A stretch of 64,000 nt of DNA, from the NCBI GenBank assembly GCA_963802255.1, contig CAWDHY010000001.1, positions 171,842 through 235,841 on the forward strand, in the 5' to 3' direction. Both the position numbers and the translations under genes were made by a program. This DNA comes from Candidatus Magasanikiibacteriota bacterium. GTDB taxonomy: Bacteria; Patescibacteriota; Patescibacteriia; Magasanikbacterales; GWA2-37-8. Below the pieces are notes generated by a model. It was not told the DNA's origin. It was given only the letters and a program-made list of their open reading frames with translations, and ran no database searches. Shown in pieces: positions 62,362-64,000 of this stretch (its first letter is position 1; each line of letters begins with the position of its first letter).

Positions 62362-63462
62362 ATGTTGACTTCAGATTTTGATTACAATCTTCCGAAGGAA
62401 CTGATTGCTCAAAAACCGTCAGAACCGCGCGATCATTCGCGCTTAATGGTGATAAATCGGCAAAAACAAACAACCGAACATTGCCGTTTTTTTAATCTGC
62501 TGAATTTTGTTTTGCCGGGCGATTTGCTGGTTTGGAATAATACCAAAGTTTTTAAAGCGCGCTTAATGGGTGTAATTGAACTTGATGAAAAAGTAACCGG
62601 TATCAAATCAAAAGAGGCGGGGGATTTAGTTATCAATATCCCGAGCGTGGAAATTTTTCTTCTGCGGCCGATGGAAAATAAAGGAGTGTGGAAAGTTCTG
62701 GCCAAGCCGGGTAAAAAATTACGCCTGGGAATGCGGGTGCGTTTTGCGGAAGATTTTGCCTGTGAAATTTTATTAAAAGATGCCGACGGTACAATTCTTG
62801 TACAGTTTGATGAAGATGACCTGAGCGTGCGCAATAAAGCAAATATTTACGGCGAGGTGCCAACACCGCCATATATAAAAATTAATCAGCCGGTCGGAAT
62901 TGATTTGCAGGATAAATATCAGACCGTTTATGCGAAGGTTGAAGGGTCGGTGGCGGCGCCGACCGCCGGTTTTCATTTTACTTCGGATATTATTGAAAAG
63001 TTAAAAGAGGCGAATGTTCAATTTGCGGAAATAACTTTGCATGTTGGACTTGGTACTTTTTTGCCGGTTAAAACGAAAAAAATTGAAGAGCATAAAATGC
63101 ACGCCGAATGGGCCGAACTTTCCGATAAAAATGCCGATTTAATCAACCGTGCCAAAGCAGAAGGTAGAAGGGTTATCGCTGTCGGGACTACGACCGTGCG
63201 CGCGCTGGAAGCGATCGCTGAAATAACCAGCGGGGACCGTTTGCGCGCTTACAACGGAGAGGTAAATATTTTTATTTATCCGGGTTACAAATTTAAAATT
63301 ATTGACGCGTTAATTACAAATTTTCATTTGCCGAAATCAACCTTGCTCATGCTTGTCTCAGCATTTATGGGCGACAGGAAATTTTTATTGAAATGCTATG
63401 AAGAAGCAATTGATAAAAATTATCGTTTTTATTCTTTTGGCGATGCCATGCTGATAATATAA
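62362..63462 (+). CDS. queA: S-adenosylmethionine:tRNA ribosyltransferase-isomerase
   Basis: 366 aa. MLTSDFDYNLPKELIAQKPSEPRDHSRLMV N-terminus, VAAPTAGFHFT, TTTVRALE, ITNFHLPKSTLLMLVSAF, all QueA hallmarks. Confidence 0.9.
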   Translation: MLTSDFDYNLPKELIAQKPSEPRDHSRLMVINRQKQTTEHCRFFNLLNFVLPGDLLVWNNTKVFKARLMGVIELDEKVTGIKSKEAGDLVINIPSVEIFLLRPMENKGVWKVLAKPGKKLRLGMRVRFAEDFACEILLKDADGTILVQFDEDDLSVRNKANIYGEVPTPPYIKINQPVGIDLQDKYQTVYAKVEGSVAAPTAGFHFTSDIIEKLKEANVQFAEITLHVGLGTFLPVKTKKIEEHKMHAEWAELSDKNADLINRAKAEGRRVIAVGTTTVRALEAIAEITSGDRLRAYNGEVNIFIYPGYKFKIIDALITNFHLPKSTLLMLVSAFMGDRKFLLKCYEEAIDKNYRFYSFGDAMLII

Positions 63463-63471
63463 AAAAATTAA

Positions 63472-63501
63472 AAAACTCCGGTTTTGACGCCGGAGTTTTT
63501 T
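63472..63501. terminator. Rho-independent terminator (bidirectional, queA / rplK)
   Basis: ctccgg-ttttgacg-ccggag followed by tttttt. Confidence 0.6.
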
Positions 63502-63508
63502 AATTTTT

Positions 63509-63931
63509 TTATTCAATTGTCAGTCCCATATTTTTTGCCGTGCCCTCTACCATTTTCATCGCGCCTTCAATGTCTTTCGCGTTCAGGTCAGGCATTTTCT
63601 TTTCAGCAATTGCTTTGATTTGAGCTTTAGTAATTTTTCCCACTTTTTCCTGCAAAGGTTTTGCGGAACCTTTAGGTAAATTTATCATTTTTTTAATCAT
63701 GTCTGCGACCGGTGCTTCCTTCATTATAAAGCTGAAACTTCGGTCGTCATAAACGGAAATAATTACCGGAACCACATCACCTTTTTTATCCTGCGTTTTA
63801 TCGTTGAACTCTTTGCAGAAGCCGGCGATATTTACGCCGTGCTGGCCGAGAGCCGGACCGACCGGAGGCGCCGGATTAGCCGCTCCGCCTACAATCTGTA
63901 ATTTGATCTGTGTAAGTACTTTTTTAGCCAT
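63509..63931 (-). CDS. rplK: 50S ribosomal protein L11
   Basis: 140 aa. [36 protein letters not shown] matches the L11 N-terminal domain. Confidence 0.9.
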   Translation of the reverse strand: MAKKVLTQIKLQIVGGAANPAPPVGPALGQHGVNIAGFCKEFNDKTQDKKGDVVPVIISVYDDRSFSFIMKEAPVADMIKKMINLPKGSAKPLQEKVGKITKAQIKAIAEKKMPDLNAKDIEGAMKMVEGTAKNMGLTIE

Positions 63932-64000
63932 ATAATTATTATTTCTAATCTCTAGTATCTAACCCGCCGAGAAGCCCCGATAACGGGCGGCAGGTTTTGT

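Overview
This is a 64 kb, AT-rich window (roughly 38% GC by eye), almost entirely coding, with many short intergenic spacers and co-directional gene runs. The gene content reads like an ultra-small bacterium (candidate-phyla-radiation-like). That placement is inference only: short housekeeping proteins, a lone type IV pilus ATPase, a 3845-aa surface protein, cohesin/dockerin modules, and weak or absent Shine-Dalgarno sites. Housekeeping genes I recognise with good confidence are rpsA, ftsH, pilB/gspE, thrS, miaB-miaA, rnj, secG, uvrA, rplS, gmk, an RluA-family pseudouridine synthase, mltG, queA, rplK and a PAP2 phosphatase. RNA genes are RNase P RNA (type A, 47288-47665 +), tRNA-Leu(CAG) (50333-50414 -) and tRNA-Ile(UAU) (59910-59982 -) with a truncated duplicate of its 5' half. 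There are also 11 Rho-independent terminators and several near-consensus sigma70 promoters. I found no CRISPR array, transposase, integrase or rRNA. The observations I rate highest are: (1) a ~1.2 kb GC-rich (~53%) island at 34.34-35.57 kb carrying two ORFans, wedged between a palindromic pair of consensus promoters and a strong terminator just upstream of miaB; (2) a minus-strand surface operon (8.9-17.3 kb) combining pilB, two membrane-anchored cohesin-like proteins and a dockerin-bearing Cys-repeat protein, next to a 3845-aa repeat protein with a perfect 42-bp C-terminal tandem repeat; (3) an ECF sigma factor followed by two membrane proteins with related Cys/Gly-rich tails; (4) a run of three polysaccharide genes (two GT4 glycosyltransferases and a WbaP-like sugar transferase) broken by at least 7 frameshifts while neighbours are intact; (5) a T-box-like attenuator leader in front of thrS; (6) a tRNA-Ile with anticodon UAU plus a 41-bp duplicate of its 5' half; (7) a CCHC zinc-knuckle motif at the N-terminus of a large membrane protein. 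All domain calls come from motif recognition by eye, not from searches.
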